Below the pieces are notes generated by a model. It saw only the letters and a program-made list of their open reading frames with translations. It searched no databases and was not told the origin of the DNA. The position numbers and the translations under genes are program-made. From Escherichia coli (GTDB taxonomy: Bacteria > Pseudomonadota > Gammaproteobacteria > Enterobacterales > Enterobacteriaceae), in NCBI RefSeq assembly GCF_003334815.1, contig NZ_QOWO01000001.1: a stretch of DNA of 64,000 nt. One strand, given 5' to 3'. This document shows, piece by piece, positions 1 through 11,752 of this stretch. How positions within the stretch are numbered: the stretch's first letter is position 1; every line of letters starts with the position of its first letter.

Positions 1-194
1 CTATCAGCGTTCAGTATTTATAAGAACTTGTAATACAGTTTTTATTTTTACGCATTAACCAGTTAGCTATAACTCGGACAGATTATGCCCTATGACATGG
101 TCTGTCTTAATCAATCTCATCGCAAACAGTGCATAACATATATTAACAATATGTTTCTGCGTTATTTATCATTATTACAGGAGTTTTAATTTAA

Positions 195-869
195 ATGCTC
201 AGACACATTACATTCACTGTATTTATAACAACATCAATGAATACCTTAGCCACAGGGATGGTTCCTGAAACATCAGTATTGCTGGTTGATGAAAAGCGTG
301 GTGAAGCTAGTATTAATATTAAGAATACAGATGATCATCCTTCATTGCTTTACACCACCATTGTTGATTTGCCTGAAAGCAATAAATCAATTCGTTTAAT
401 CCCGACTCAGCCCGTTATTCGTGTTGAAGCCGGTCAAGTACAACAGGTTCGATTTTTACTTCAGGCGACTGTTCCTCTGCAATCAGAAGAGCTGAAACGC
501 GTAACGTTCGAAGGTATTCCACCAAAAGATGACAAGAGCAGCAGAGTTACTGTTTCAATTCGTCAGGATCTACCTGTACTGATCCACCCGGCTTCCCTGC
601 CGGAAGAGCGAGAGACCTGGAAATTCCTGGAATGGCGTAAAAATGGCGACCAAATTGAGATTAGCAACCCCAGTAATTATGTCGTTCGTATGACCTTACA
701 ATTTAAAACGCTCCCTTCAGGAAAAACGGGGGCTATAAATAAGACCTATTTTCTACCACACACCAGTACAACTACTGCATTAACAAACGCTACGGATACA
801 AAAGTCGAGTTTTACCCAGCCAGCCGATATGGTTATCGCGGTAATAAATATGTCACTGACTTAAAATAA
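195..869 (+). CDS. yhcA: Periplasmic fimbrial chaperone (PapD-like) of the yhc chaperone-usher cluster
   Basis: ORF track 224 aa; sequence recognised as E. coli YhcA; position upstream of the usher. Confidence 0.9.
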   Translation: MLRHITFTVFITTSMNTLATGMVPETSVLLVDEKRGEASINIKNTDDHPSLLYTTIVDLPESNKSIRLIPTQPVIRVEAGQVQQVRFLLQATVPLQSEELKRVTFEGIPPKDDKSSRVTVSIRQDLPVLIHPASLPEERETWKFLEWRKNGDQIEISNPSNYVVRMTLQFKTLPSGKTGAINKTYFLPHTSTTTALTNATDTKVEFYPASRYGYRGNKYVTDLK

Positions 870-871
870 CT

Positions 872-3271
872 TTGCCTGGAGCGACAAGGATGTTAAAAAA
901 AACGTTACTGGCCTACACCATTGGTTTTGCCTTTTCTCCCCCAGCCAATGCAGATGGTATAGAGATTGCCGCTGTTGATTTTGATCGGGAAACATTAAAA
1001 TCACTAGGTGTAGATCCTAATATATCGCATTATTTTTCCCGTTCAGCCCGTTTTTTGCCAGGTGAATATTCACTGATAGTATCAGTAAATGGCGAAAAAA
1101 AAGGCAACATTGCTACGCGCTTTGATGAAAATGGCGACATTTGTCTTGATCAGGCATTTCTGCAACAAGCCGGTTTAAAAATTCCTTCTGAAGAAAAAAA
1201 TGGCTGTTACGACTATATATTGTCCTACCCGGGTACCACAATCACACCATTACCTAACCAGGAAGCGTTAGATATTATCGTTTCACCACAGGCGATCATT
1301 CCCATAGGGTTGGATCTCACAAACGCAGCAACTGGTGGAACAGCTGCGCTGCTAAACTACTCTCTGATGAGCAGCCGTGCAGAATTTTCTAATGGGAGTT
1401 CGGACTACTCCCAGGCTGCACTTGAAGGTGGGATTAATATTAATGACTGGATGTTACGCAGCCATCAGTTCCTTACACAAACAAATGGCACATTCAGTAA
1501 CCAGAACTCGTCAACCTACCTTCAACGTACCTTTACAGATCTTAAAACACTCATGCGAGCAGGTGAAGTTAACCTCAATAATAGCGTGTTGGAAGGAGCC
1601 AGTATTTACGGTATCGAAATCGCACCGGACAACGCATTGCAAACCAGCGGCAGTGGTGTGCAAGTTACTGGTATAGCCAACACCTCTCAGGCTCGTGTCG
1701 AGATTCGTCAACAAGGAGTTTTAATTCATTCCATTCTGGTTCCTGCGGGCGCATTCACTATCCCTGATGTACCTGTTCGCAATGGTAATAGTGATCTTAA
1801 TGTCACCGTTGTCGAAACAGACGGTAGTTCGCACAACTATATTGTTCCCTCCACCCTGTTTAATCAGCATGTAGAAAGCTTCCAGGGTTATCGCTTCGCG
1901 ATAGGGCGGGTAGACGATGACTATGACGAATCACCTTGGGTAATTAGTGCATCGAGCGGATGGAATCTGACACGCTGGAGTGCAATGAACGGCGGCGTTA
2001 TCGTAGCAGAAAATTATCAGGCGGCATCAATCCGGTCGAGTCTGGTTCCCCTGCCCGATTTAACAGTGAGCAGCCAAATTAGTACATCGCAGGATACGAA
2101 AGACTCACTGCAAGGACAGAAATATCGTCTTGACGCGAACTACAATCTCCCATTTTCACTTGGGCTAACAACCAGCCTCACTCGATCTGATCGCCATTAT
2201 CGCGAACTGTCTGAAGCGATTGATGATGATTATACCGATCCGACTAAAAGCACTTATGCGCTTGGTTTAAACTGGTCTAACTCCATTCTGGGTGGTTTCA
2301 ACATCAGTGGCTATAAAACATATAGTTACGACGGTGACAATGACTCAAGCAACCTTAATATTAACTGGAACAAAGCGTTCAAACACGCCACGGTTTCCGT
2401 CAACTGGCAGCATCAACTTAGTGCTTCAGAAAATAATGAAGACGATGGTGATCTGTTCTACGTCAACATCAGTATTCCATTTGGCAGATCAAACACCGCC
2501 ACACTGTATACTCGCCATGACGATCATAAAACCCACTATGGTACTGGTGTCATGGGAGTCGTCTCAGATGAGATGTCCTACTATGTGAATGCTGAACGAG
2601 ATCACGACGAACGTGAAACGAGCTTGAACGGCAGTATCAGTTCCAATCTCCATTACACCCAAGTCAGCCTTGCCGCAGGAGCAAGCGGCAGTGATAGCCG
2701 TACTTACAACGGTACGATGTCAGGTGGTATTGCCGTACATGATCAGGGAGTGACCTTTTCACCGTGGACTATCAATGACACTTTCGCCATCGCAAAAATG
2801 GATAACAATATTGCAGGTGTCAGAATTACATCTCAGGCAGGCCCAGTATGGACAGATTTTCGGGGTAATGCCGTCATTCCATCAATCCAGCCGTGGCGAA
2901 CATCAGGAGTTGAGATCGATACCGCCAGCTTGCCAAAAAATGTCGATATCGGTAACGGCACAAAAATGATCAAACAAGGCCGTGGTGCAGTAGGGAAAGT
3001 CGGATTCAGTGCGATAACACAACGCCGTGCATTACTCAATATCACACTTTCCGACGGCAAAAAACTGCCCAGAGGCGTTGCGATTGAAGATAGTGAAGGC
3101 AACTATCTGACAACATCAGTGGATGACGGTGTTGTATTCCTCAATAACATCAAACCGGACATGGTGCTAGATATAAAAGATGAGCAGCAATCATGCCGTA
3201 TTCACCTTACATTCCCAGAAGATGCACCAAAAGATGTGTTCTATGAGACAGCAACAGGAGAGTGCCAATGA
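872..3271 (+). CDS. yhcD: Outer-membrane fimbrial usher protein
   Basis: ORF track 799 aa; recognised as YhcD usher; canonical start may be the internal Met (MLKKTLLAY) a few codons downstream. Confidence 0.9.
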   Translation: MPGATRMLKKTLLAYTIGFAFSPPANADGIEIAAVDFDRETLKSLGVDPNISHYFSRSARFLPGEYSLIVSVNGEKKGNIATRFDENGDICLDQAFLQQAGLKIPSEEKNGCYDYILSYPGTTITPLPNQEALDIIVSPQAIIPIGLDLTNAATGGTAALLNYSLMSSRAEFSNGSSDYSQAALEGGININDWMLRSHQFLTQTNGTFSNQNSSTYLQRTFTDLKTLMRAGEVNLNNSVLEGASIYGIEIAPDNALQTSGSGVQVTGIANTSQARVEIRQQGVLIHSILVPAGAFTIPDVPVRNGNSDLNVTVVETDGSSHNYIVPSTLFNQHVESFQGYRFAIGRVDDDYDESPWVISASSGWNLTRWSAMNGGVIVAENYQAASIRSSLVPLPDLTVSSQISTSQDTKDSLQGQKYRLDANYNLPFSLGLTTSLTRSDRHYRELSEAIDDDYTDPTKSTYALGLNWSNSILGGFNISGYKTYSYDGDNDSSNLNINWNKAFKHATVSVNWQHQLSASENNEDDGDLFYVNISIPFGRSNTATLYTRHDDHKTHYGTGVMGVVSDEMSYYVNAERDHDERETSLNGSISSNLHYTQVSLAAGASGSDSRTYNGTMSGGIAVHDQGVTFSPWTINDTFAIAKMDNNIAGVRITSQAGPVWTDFRGNAVIPSIQPWRTSGVEIDTASLPKNVDIGNGTKMIKQGRGAVGKVGFSAITQRRALLNITLSDGKKLPRGVAIEDSEGNYLTTSVDDGVVFLNNIKPDMVLDIKDEQQSCRIHLTFPEDAPKDVFYETATGECQ

Positions 3272-3813
3272 AACGGATAATAACAGGATGCCTGCTGCTG
3301 AACTTCGCCATGGCCGCTCAGGCAGAGTGTAATATCTCCAGTAGCATACAAAATATCGACTATGGCAAACGAAGTGCTGCCATGCGCCAAGTTGACCGGG
3401 GTAAAACAACACAATTAGCAGACAGAACAATCACGCTGGTAATGCAATGCGATCAGGACGCTCATATTCGTGTTCAGTTGAATACCGCTAATATTTCCAA
3501 CAACGGATTTGGATTTGGCCCGAATGGTTCATTAAATCTGATCGCCAGCGATGCATTTTCAGGTAGTAACAATCTCGACCTGGCGTTAGCCAGTGGCAAA
3601 AATGACAATCCGGGCAGCACAGGAACAGCATCAATTAGTACTTCCCCCAATAATTGGCTGGTGTTTATGCAAAATGGTCAAGAAGTGGTAATTGATAGCG
3701 GTAAAAGCGTTAGCCTCACACTGACAATGGCTCCAGCTTTTAAGGATGAAGGGGAACTAACCGACATGACAGATATTACAGGCAATCTGACGGTCCTGGT
3801 GGAGGCAAAATGA
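3262..3813 (+). CDS. yhcE: Fimbrial-like protein, apparently intact
   Basis: ORF track 183 aa with signal-peptide-like N-terminus; position after the usher; no IS interruption visible. Confidence 0.7.
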   Translation: MPMKRIITGCLLLNFAMAAQAECNISSSIQNIDYGKRSAAMRQVDRGKTTQLADRTITLVMQCDQDAHIRVQLNTANISNNGFGFGPNGSLNLIASDAFSGSNNLDLALASGKNDNPGSTGTASISTSPNNWLVFMQNGQEVVIDSGKSVSLTLTMAPAFKDEGELTDMTDITGNLTVLVEAK

Positions 3814-4526
3814 ACAATGTAAAATTACTGATTGCCGGAAGTGCCTTTTTTGCCATGTCAGCGCAAGCCGCTGATAGAGTATCAATTGACGTTAAGGTGA
3901 CTCTGGAAGCTGCAGCTTGTACTCCAATACTAAGCAACGGCGGAGTTGTTAACTTCGGTAGTCATTCAGTCAATAGACTTTCAACGCAGCACTACACACA
4001 GATTGGAACACGTAATATTAATATGACTATAACTTGCGAATCCGCTACCGGCATTGCGATTACCGCTCGTGATACACGAATGGATAGTATGACCACCGGA
4101 AAAGATAGTGGGGGTCAGAGTGGTGTAAAATATACCTTAAATGGCGGAGGTTATATTAGCCAGACAACGCGCTTATTCGGCTTAGGGAAAACAAAAGATA
4201 ATAAAAATATCGGTAGTTATGCCGTGTTAATTGATAGCAACAACATTAGTGCCAGCAATGGTAGCCAGACGTTAGCTGTATCAATAGCAGGTGCAGATGC
4301 CGTCATAACAGGGCAAAAAAGAGCATGGCAAACGCTCACCGCTTATCCGCTTGCAGTCGATCAAAGCTATTATTACACCTTTGTAAAACCAGGTGAAACA
4401 ACCCCAACTCCTGTAACGAACGCCATTATACCGCTTCAGGTGAGCGCATCTATCGCGAATGATTTAGGCGGTTCAGAAAAAATCGAACTTGATGGGAAAG
4501 CTGTGATAAGCGTAGTCTACTTGTGA
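3810..4526 (+). CDS. yhcF: Fimbrial-like protein / putative adhesin subunit
   Basis: ORF track 238 aa; signal peptide (MNNVKLLIAGSAFFAMSAQA); overlaps the yhcE stop. Confidence 0.75.
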   Translation: MNNVKLLIAGSAFFAMSAQAADRVSIDVKVTLEAAACTPILSNGGVVNFGSHSVNRLSTQHYTQIGTRNINMTITCESATGIAITARDTRMDSMTTGKDSGGQSGVKYTLNGGGYISQTTRLFGLGKTKDNKNIGSYAVLIDSNNISASNGSQTLAVSIAGADAVITGQKRAWQTLTAYPLAVDQSYYYTFVKPGETTPTPVTNAIIPLQVSASIANDLGGSEKIELDGKAVISVVYL

Positions 4527-4710
4527 TAACAATGCCGGACAGGAGTACTATCAGGCATTCGTTTTATACGATCGGTTAATGTTTCAGGAAAGCTCTTCGC
4601 ATATCTTGGGGAAAGTAAATGTAATACGCTGTTCTTAATTGTTCAGTGCTCACCCCCCAGAGTATAGCTCATTCCATTATTCAACTTAGCTCCATATAAA
4701 GGGACAGATA

Positions 4711-5838
4711 ATGGAATCGCTCTCAGAAGGAACCACAGCAGGCTACCAGCAAATCCACGACGGTATTATTCATCTGGTCGATAGCGCCCGGACGGAAACG
4801 GTACGTAGCGTTAACGCGTTAATGACCGCGACGTACCAGGAAATTGGCCGACGAATTGTCGAATTTGAACAAGGTGGCGAGGCCAGGGCTGCGTATGGTG
4901 CGCAGCTAATCAAGCGACTATCAAAGGATTTATGTCTAAGGTATAAGCGTGGGTTCTCTGCAAAAAACTTACGCCAAATGAGGCTTTTTTACCTCTTTTT
5001 TCAACATGTTGAAATTCGCCAGACAATGTCTGGCGAATTAACACCATTGGGAATTCCGCAGACACCGTCTGCAGAATTCCCATCGGCAAAGATTTGGCAG
5101 ACGCTGTCTGCCAAATCTTTCCCCTTGCCCAGGTCCACCTACGTCCGTTTACTTTCCGTTAAAAACGCTGACGCCCGCAGCTTTTATGAAAAAGAGACGC
5201 TCCGCTGTGGCTGGTCTGTTCGCCAGCTAGAGCGGCAAATTGCGACCCAGTTTTATGAGCGGACACTACTGTCACATGACAAATCAGCCATGCTGCAACA
5301 ACACGCTCCTGCCGAGACGCATATTCTTCCGCAACAGGCGATACGCGATCCCTTTGTGCTCGAATTTCTGGAATTGAAAGATGAATATTCAGAATCCGAT
5401 TTTGAGGAGGCGCTGATCAACCACCTGATGGATTTCATGCTGGAACTTGGGGATGATTTTGCCTTTGTTGGTCGGCAGCGAAGGTTACGCATTGATGACA
5501 ACTGGTTTCGTGTCGATCTGCTGTTTTTCCACCGCCGTTTACGCTGCCTGCTAATCGTCGATCTAAAAGTGGGCAAATTCAGCTATAGCGATGCCGGACA
5601 GATGAATATGTATCTCAACTACGCCAAAGAGCACTGGACGCTACCGGATGAAAATCCGCCCATCGGTCTGGTTCTCTGTGCAGAGAAAGGAGCCGGAGAA
5701 GCGCATTATGCTCTGGCAGGTTTGCCTAACACCGTTCTGGCAAGCGAATATAAGATGCAACTACCTGATGAGAAACGACTCGCAGATGAACTCGTTCGAA
5801 CACAGGCGGTGCTAGAGGAAGGCTATAGACGCCGTTAA
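4711..5838 (+). CDS. yhcG: DUF1016-family protein (PDDEXK nuclease-like YhcG)
   Basis: ORF track 375 aa; recognised as YhcG; contains three in-frame palindromic DNA units at 5013-5116. Confidence 0.85.
   Translation: MESLSEGTTAGYQQIHDGIIHLVDSARTETVRSVNALMTATYQEIGRRIVEFEQGGEARAAYGAQLIKRLSKDLCLRYKRGFSAKNLRQMRLFYLFFQHVEIRQTMSGELTPLGIPQTPSAEFPSAKIWQTLSAKSFPLPRSTYVRLLSVKNADARSFYEKETLRCGWSVRQLERQIATQFYERTLLSHDKSAMLQQHAPAETHILPQQAIRDPFVLEFLELKDEYSESDFEEALINHLMDFMLELGDDFAFVGRQRRLRIDDNWFRVDLLFFHRRLRCLLIVDLKVGKFSYSDAGQMNMYLNYAKEHWTLPDENPPIGLVLCAEKGAGEAHYALAGLPNTVLASEYKMQLPDEKRLADELVRTQAVLEEGYRRR
5013..5116. repeat. Three tandem palindromic units (core GCAGACA-N1-3-TGTCTGC) inside the yhcG coding sequence
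   Basis: Read directly: aattcgccagacaATGTCTGGCGAATT (5013-5039), gaattccgcagacaccgtctgcagaattc (5051-5079), tttggcagacgctgtctgccaaa (5094-5116). Confidence 0.8.
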
Positions 5839-5852
5839 TTTCAGCGGTTTCG

Positions 5853-5879
5853 AATTCTGCAGACAGTGTCTGCAGAATC
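5853..5879. terminator. Fourth copy of the same palindrome, just after the yhcG stop and before the nanQ stop; probable bidirectional hairpin
   Basis: attctgcagacagtgtctgcagaat is a perfect 13-bp-arm palindrome between convergent genes. Confidence 0.5.
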
Positions 5880-5897
5880 TTTAAAACGAACTAAGTT

Positions 5898-7230
<1,333 letters not shown>

Positions 7231-7234
<4 letters not shown>

Positions 7235-7920
7235 AGCACCGCCTTTTTCATCGCTGTGTTGTACCACTGACAAATGTGCTCAAGACGCGTGATTGCAGAA
7301 CCGACCGTCACCGCCCACGCGCCGTGGCGCATCGCATCCGCCGCCTGAGCAGGCGTGTTGTAACGCCCTTCGGCAATCACCCGACATCCGGCGTCGCTCA
7401 ACGTTTTCACCAGCGCCAGATCCGGCTCTTCTGGCGTTTCAGGCGTGGTATAGCCAGAAAGCGTAGTGCCAATAATTTCGGCTCCCAGCTTTTGGCATGC
7501 CAGGCCGTCTTCCGGCGTTGAGCAGTCGGTCATCGCCAGTAAACCGTGATGGTGAATACGTGCCAGCAGCGTTTCAACAGGCACCGGACGCGGGCGGTCG
7601 GTGCCGTCAATGGCGATAATGTCCGCGCCCGCCTGCGCCAGCGCATCAACATCTTCAATATAGGCCGTGATGCGTACCGGAGAATCCTCCAGATCGCGTT
7701 TCACAATTCCAATAATCGGCACGCTCACCACCGCACGCGTGGCTTGCAGATTTGCCACACCTTCAATGCGAATGGCAACCGCGCCCGCCTGTTCTGCCGC
7801 TAATGCCATGGCGGCGACGATTTCGGGTTTATCGAGCGGGCTGTCCGGAACCGGCTGGCAGGAGACAATCAGGCCACCGTTAGCAGCGATTTTTTGATCC
7901 AGTTGTGCAAGTAACGACAT
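7231..7920 (-). CDS. nanE: N-acetylmannosamine-6-phosphate 2-epimerase
   Basis: ORF track 243 aa; canonical start [10 protein letters not shown] (ATG at 7920), giving 229 aa. Confidence 0.9.
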
Positions 7921-7967
7921 ACATCTTCCCTTAGCGAAAGGCCCGGTACATAGACCGGGCAACAGGA

Positions 7968-9458
7968 TTAACTTTTGGTTTTGACTAAATCGTTTTTGGC
8001 GCTGCCAAACGGCACGGCACCGCTGAATGGTTTACCGTCGATAGCGTCATGAGTACGCAACGCTTCCGGGCGCAACCAACGCTGAACGCGAGAAGGCATA
8101 TCCAGCCCAATCAGCAGGATCACCACGAACGTCAGACTGAACGAGAGCGATGCCAGCGCAGTACCCAGATCCAGACGTTGAGCGATCAACGCGCCGATGA
8201 TTGGGGCCAGTGCACCGCCCAATGCGCCAACGTTGTAGGTAAAGCCCAGGCCCGCTGCACGCTGGTCGGTATCGAAATAACCGCCAATCAGTTTTGGTAA
8301 GATCCCGGCGATCCCTTGTCCAAGCATTTGCTGGAAGAACAGTAACAGACCGAGCACCCAGACGTTTGCGCCGCCAATCGCAAATACCGGAATAATCAGC
8401 AGCTGCGAGGCCAGCAGGCTACAAACGTACGCTTTGCGGGTTCCCAGCCAGTCACCGAGGAAGCCACCTACGCAGCATCCCACCGCCGCGCCAAAGCCAC
8501 TAAAGAACAGCACATTGGCTACAGTATGCGGGTTATAAGCCAGATCGGTTTTCAGATACGTTGGCAGCAGCGCCTGAATCGGCCATGAGTAGAGGAAAGC
8601 AAACAACACGACCACCATCAGCATTACGCCCGTTGGCCAGCGTTTGCCTGTACTCTGCACCATAAAGCTGATAAAGATTGCGGCGCATAACAGCCCAAGA
8701 ACAGCGACGATCGCGGCATTTTGCAGGTTACCGGCGAAGCAGAACCACAGCGCAGTAGCCGCCGCCAGTGTCATTACGATATTGGCAATGCGATGTTCAC
8801 CACGGTAGAGAATATCCACCATTGTGCGTACTGGTGCTTTACCTGCGTGTTTCTCTTTCCAGTCTTCCGCTTCCGGGATGTTTTTACGCAGCCAGAGAGC
8901 AAAGATGATTGGCAAAATGCCGATAAAGAACAGCGCACGCCAGCCCCAGACCGGAACCACCAGGCTATAGACCTGAGCGGCAACGACGGCCCCCACAGAG
9001 AAGCCTGAAATCAAAAAACCACTGGCTTTGTTACGCAGATGTTTTGGCCAGCTTTCAATGACATAGGTGGCGCTGGAACCGTATTCACCCGCCATCCCCA
9101 TGCCGATGGCCAGACGAGCGATAAACATGGTGATGTAGCCTGGCGCAAAGCCGCAGGCCAGCGTCCCGGCCGAGAAGAGAACGATGCTGGTGACCATTGC
9201 CAGACGACGCCCGTAGCGGTCACCCATAGCGCCGAGCATCAGGCCGCCGAACCAGCGAGAGATAAAGGCTGCAGAGATCAGACTTGCCGCCTGCACCGTC
9301 GTCAGCCCGAATTCACCTTGTACTTCGGTGAGTACCAGGGCGATTAAAACGAAATCAAAACCGTCAAGCAGATATCCCAACCAGGCAGCGGAAAATGCGC
9401 GCCATTGTGCACGGTTGAGATGGCGATACCACGGGATATTCTGGGTTGTAGTACTCAT
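7968..9458 (-). CDS. nanT: Sialic acid transporter (MFS)
   Basis: ORF track 506 aa; canonical start [11 protein letters not shown] (ATG at 9458), giving 496 aa. Confidence 0.9.
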
Positions 9459-9566
9459 TGTGAGTCTCCCGCGGTGGGCGATGCCCACACGCTTTGGTAT
9501 GAAAATTGTAGGGTACAGATGCGTTTATTTCCCCTCACCCGGTAGGGGCGAGCGAGGGGAAACAAC

Positions 9567-10460
9567 TCACCCGCGCTCTTGCATCAACTGCTGGGCCAGC
9601 GCCTTCAGTTCTGGCAGATATTTTTCATCTACCGGTCCAAACGGTTTGCGGCACAGCGGCACAGAAACGACATCCATATAATGGAGGACAGTTTTCAGGC
9701 CGCGGAATACGCCCGTTTTGATCAGTAAATCAATGACTTTATTGCATTCAGTTTGCAGTTTCTGCGCGGTCTGGATATCGCCTTCTTTCAGCGCCTTAAC
9801 GATCCCCTGATAGCGCCAGCCCATGATGTTGTAGGTACTGCCGATACCACCATCAGCGCCCGCCAGCAGACCAGAGGCGAAGATTTCGTCGTAACCGTTA
9901 TAGAGCACAAGATCAGGATGTTCACGACGGATCTGCTCCATCTGATAGAGATCGCCAGAGGTCTGTTTCAGCGCACCTACGCCAGGCAATGTAACAAGTG
10001 TGTTGATCTGATCCAGGGTCAGTTTTACCCCACTCAGGGCTGGAATGTTGTACACCACCATCGGCAAACCATCCGCCGAATCAATAATTGCCCGATAGTG
10101 ATCGCAGTGTTCTTCAAAGCTGAAAGGATAGTAGAACGGCGTGACGGCGGAGACGGCATCGAAGCCATAACGTTTAGCCGATGCCGCAAGTTGTTGGCTT
10201 TCGGCGGTGCTGACGCAACCGACGTGGGCGATGAGTTTAATCTTACCTTTCGCCTCTTCGGCGACGATTTCCAGTACCTGTTCACGCTCGGAAAGGCTTT
10301 GTACAAAGGCCTCGCCGGTCGAACCACCCACGTATAAACCGTCGATGCCCTGCTGAATATTGAACTGAACCAGGCGACGCAGACTCGCTTTATCCAGTGC
10401 TTGTTGTTGGTCAAAAGGAGTCAGGAGTGCAGCCATTACGCCACGTAAATTCGTTGCCAT
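9567..10460 (-). CDS. nanA: N-acetylneuraminate lyase
   Basis: ORF track 297 aa; recognised NanA sequence. Confidence 0.95.
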
Positions 10461-10495
10461 AAATACCTCTGAAGTGATGCTTGTCTGATAAATGA

Positions 10496-10518
10496 TATAC
10501 CTTTATACCTGTTATACC
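10496..10518 (-). promoter_or_regulatory. NanR operator: three GGTATA hexamer repeats in the nanA promoter
   Basis: Plus strand reads TATACC at 10496-10501, 10504-10509 and 10513-10518 (GGTATA on the nanA strand); matches the published Nan box. Confidence 0.7.
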
Positions 10519-10581
10519 AGATCAATTAAGCAACACCCCATACAGAAAGCTTATAATGCGATCTGCTTCACTAAAGTGGCA

Positions 10582-11373
10582 TTATTTCTTTTTGTTGGTG
10601 GTCTGACCGAAAGCGTGCCAGGTAGCAGAGACGCTGTTGAGATGCGATTGCAACGCACGATCGGCTTCGTCAGGATCATGACGGCGGATCGCATCAACGA
10701 TCGCAATATGCTGTTGATAACTAACGTTGTTATGTTCGTGCAGTGCCTGATCGGTAACCGTTGGGCGTGCGGCAATAAGCCAGTCGAGCAGGGCAACGTG
10801 GATCGCCATGAAGATTGGGTTACCGGGGATCTCCGCCAGCACGCGGTGGAAATCAACGTCTGAACGAATGAATGCCGCGTTGTTATCCAGCGACTGACTG
10901 TTGATTTCCAGTGCTTTTGCCAGCAAATCGATTTGCTCATCGGTGGCATGTTCAGCCGCATAGCGCACCAGACTGGATTCAAAGAACAGACGTAATTGTT
11001 CGAAATGGGCAATCCCACCGGGATGAGAAAGGAAATCTTTCGCCATGCCGGAAAGCTCACCGATGATAGTGTCCGCAGAAGGACGCGAGACGCGAGCGCG
11101 TTCGCCGTTGTTTATTTGCACCAGACCTTTGCGTTTTAACGCTGCCAGCGCTTCACGCACCGAAGGACGCCCGACGTTAAAGAACGCCATCAGTTCGCGT
11201 TCAGACGGTAATTGTTCACCTTCTCCAAATTCACGACGGCGGATCATCTGTTCCAGCTCTTCTTCCACCATTTCGGAGAGTTTTTTACGCGCCAGCGGGC
11301 GGCTACGCAAGTTGCGACCAATTGCAGGTGAAGAATCTTCGGTTTGCGAATCAAATGCGTTCATAAGGCCCAT
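10582..11373 (-). CDS. nanR: GntR/FadR-family repressor of the sialic acid regulon
   Basis: ORF track 263 aa; recognised NanR sequence. Confidence 0.9.
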
Positions 11374-11752
11374 TCTGTAAGGTCAGTGTGATTAACATCA
11401 TCAGTGACATCCTATCACAGGATTGAAAGTAGGGGAAAATGGCAGGGTTTTCTCTTTGTGCCTCATCATTACCATAATTAACGGAATAATTAACTATTGC
11501 GAAAAATTAATGTAACGCAGATAAAAACATCCCGTTTGAATTATTTATAAGACTATTCACGAGCATTATGAATATTATGAATGTGTTCTTACAAAATAAT
11601 CATAAGCGCATATTTTTTAATGAAAAATCACCTCACCTACAATTAAAAACACGACATCCGCACCATAAATAGCCTTGCAAAAAATATAACATCGTTGTTT
11701 TCAATCTGCCGTTTATGGGATTGACCGTTTTCTTTTGACACGGAGTTCAACA

